Positions 62,604-64,000 of a stretch of 64,000 nt of DNA are shown here, in pieces. The first letter of the stretch is position 1; each line of letters opens with the position of its first letter. Source of the DNA: Sphyrna mokarran (lineage: Eukaryota); assembly GCA_024679065.1 (NCBI GenBank), contig JAGIQG010000010.1, positions 75,888,001-75,952,000 of the forward strand, in the 5' to 3' direction. A program made the translations under genes and the position numbers. A model generated the notes under the pieces. The model had not been told where the DNA came from and made no database searches. It worked only from the letters and a program-made list of their open reading frames with translations.

Positions 62604-64000
62604 GTAAGTGTCCAGGGGCTCTGGAAGGTAATTATATTTCCTAATCATTGTGGGTTTTTTTTAAAAAAAAGATAACCCAAGAAAATAATTAAACTGCACA
62701 TTAGGACATGGATGGACAGCATTAGATAACAAGGGCTAAACATCATTTATTACTATGGATATTTCTTTCTGGTTAATGCTATCGATATTATTGATATGTT
62801 AACAGCTTATTGATGTTCCAATTATCATTGTTAGCAGAAGCAATGCCACTGATGGTTATAATATCAAGATCAATTAACACTTCAAGTTGTCAGTGGATAT
62901 GATGATGACCATTATACCATACTTGCACCACATTAGACGACAAATCTGCATATACCTCTTTAAAATCAAAACGGTGTGTTTATAATTACAGCACTTCAAA
63001 CGAACTTGTTCCTGATCTCCTTAAACAAGACTAATCCTACAGGTCAAACTGCTGTTGAGACGGCAGCACTGACAATACACGCGTCACTTTTTTTCATTTT
63101 TATGCATCACATCTTTTAATAATCAAAATTTCACTAACAAACCAACGTGGTTATAATCAAATCTGGTTGAGAAAATAATTCCATTAATCAAGATTTCCAA
63201 TGCCATTCTGAAACTGAACCCAGTCGGATTGAATGTAAAATTGATGTCGTTTTGTGACGGGATTTGGAACACGGACTTCCTTTAAAAAAAAGGCTGTAAA
63301 CGTTGTCGAAAGTTATCAAGCAAATGCTTGGCACCGTACGAAACACGTGGTAATATTTAAGTTGGACTATAACCGGACATCTCAGTTTGGAAAGAAAAGG
63401 GGGATCTGTTCCAGAGAAATGTCTTCCTCGATTTGGGTCTGTTAGTTGTTACTGAGGAATTGGAACCTAACTTCGGTGGGACACTTCGGAAGCAGGCAAA
63501 CGAACCAGATCTGCGGTTTTGGTTGCGTGCATAAGAGCCGCGTTAAATTAGTTTTTTAATAAAACGTCCATTTTCAAAACGCGAGACATGTCTCGTGTTT
63601 GGTAACATATTAAAATCTCATTAGGACAAACTAGAAATTGAATTCAGAGGCAAATCGCAGGGCATCCGGGTGATGATGTGATTGCTGGTCATAAAGGGAT
63701 TCTATATGTGTATAATTACTCTAGATTTGTTTGCATCAAGTCATAAAAGTGAAATCGCCGTCCATTACATAACCAAATATATGTGGACTGGAATCGAAGT
63801 CTCAACAAATGCTAAGCATTTCACCAAACATGTAAGTGGAGTTGTTAATTCTCCACGCCTGAAGCACTTGCGTGCTCACAGCAGACAGCCTCGTTAAAAC
63901 ACATGCAATAATTGTCACCTCCCTGGTATAAATTACGTACCTCAGAAATGATGTATCACTTTTAAAAAATTTTTTATTCATTTATTCATTTTAATGCTGC
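62604..64000 (+). other. pdx1: pdx1 intron 1 (partial)
   Basis: Follows the GTAAGT donor; no homeobox exon appears before the window end. Confidence 0.9.

Noticed and set aside
63183-63190. Pbx/Pdx1 composite site TGATTAAT in pdx1 intron
   Set aside because: This AT-rich 8-mer occurs several times elsewhere in the window, including in repeats, so it cannot be distinguished from chance.
1-64000. CRISPR arrays, operons or prokaryotic defence systems
   Set aside because: The sequence is vertebrate with spliced genes, and no regularly spaced repeat-spacer array was seen.

Overview
Eukaryotic (vertebrate) genomic DNA. The HE1-type SINEs and Penelope/CR1 repeats point to a cartilaginous fish, most likely a shark. 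The window holds the 5' part of an intact ParaHox cluster. It contains a complete two-exon Gsx1 gene (CDS 22290-22677 + 23236-23591, 247 aa) and, about 38.6 kb downstream on the same strand, exon 1 of Pdx1 (62201-62603); the Pdx1 homeobox exon and Cdx lie beyond the window. Two CpG-retaining domains surround the genes: about 19.9-33.3 kb is essentially transposon-free, and about 54.3-64 kb is transposon-poor near Pdx1. The second domain includes a recognisable Pdx1 Area I-like enhancer. The rest is a nested mosaic of decayed SINEs, CR1/L2/Rex1 LINEs, and Penelope, Gypsy, Copia and Harbinger remnants, and almost all other ORFs in the track are spurious or transposon fragments. I see no clearly new protein-coding system. 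The most unusual signals are: (1) a recent 244-bp double templated insertion, made of one inverted and one direct local copy; (2) a near full-length LINE with a tRNA-like Pol III head and no room for ORF1; (3) a hammerhead-ribozyme core in a Penelope repeat next to the Pdx1 enhancer; and (4) a CTCF+ZNF143 motif pair at the edge of the TE-free Gsx1 domain. Repeat family names and enhancer homologies come from recall of known sequences, not from database searches.
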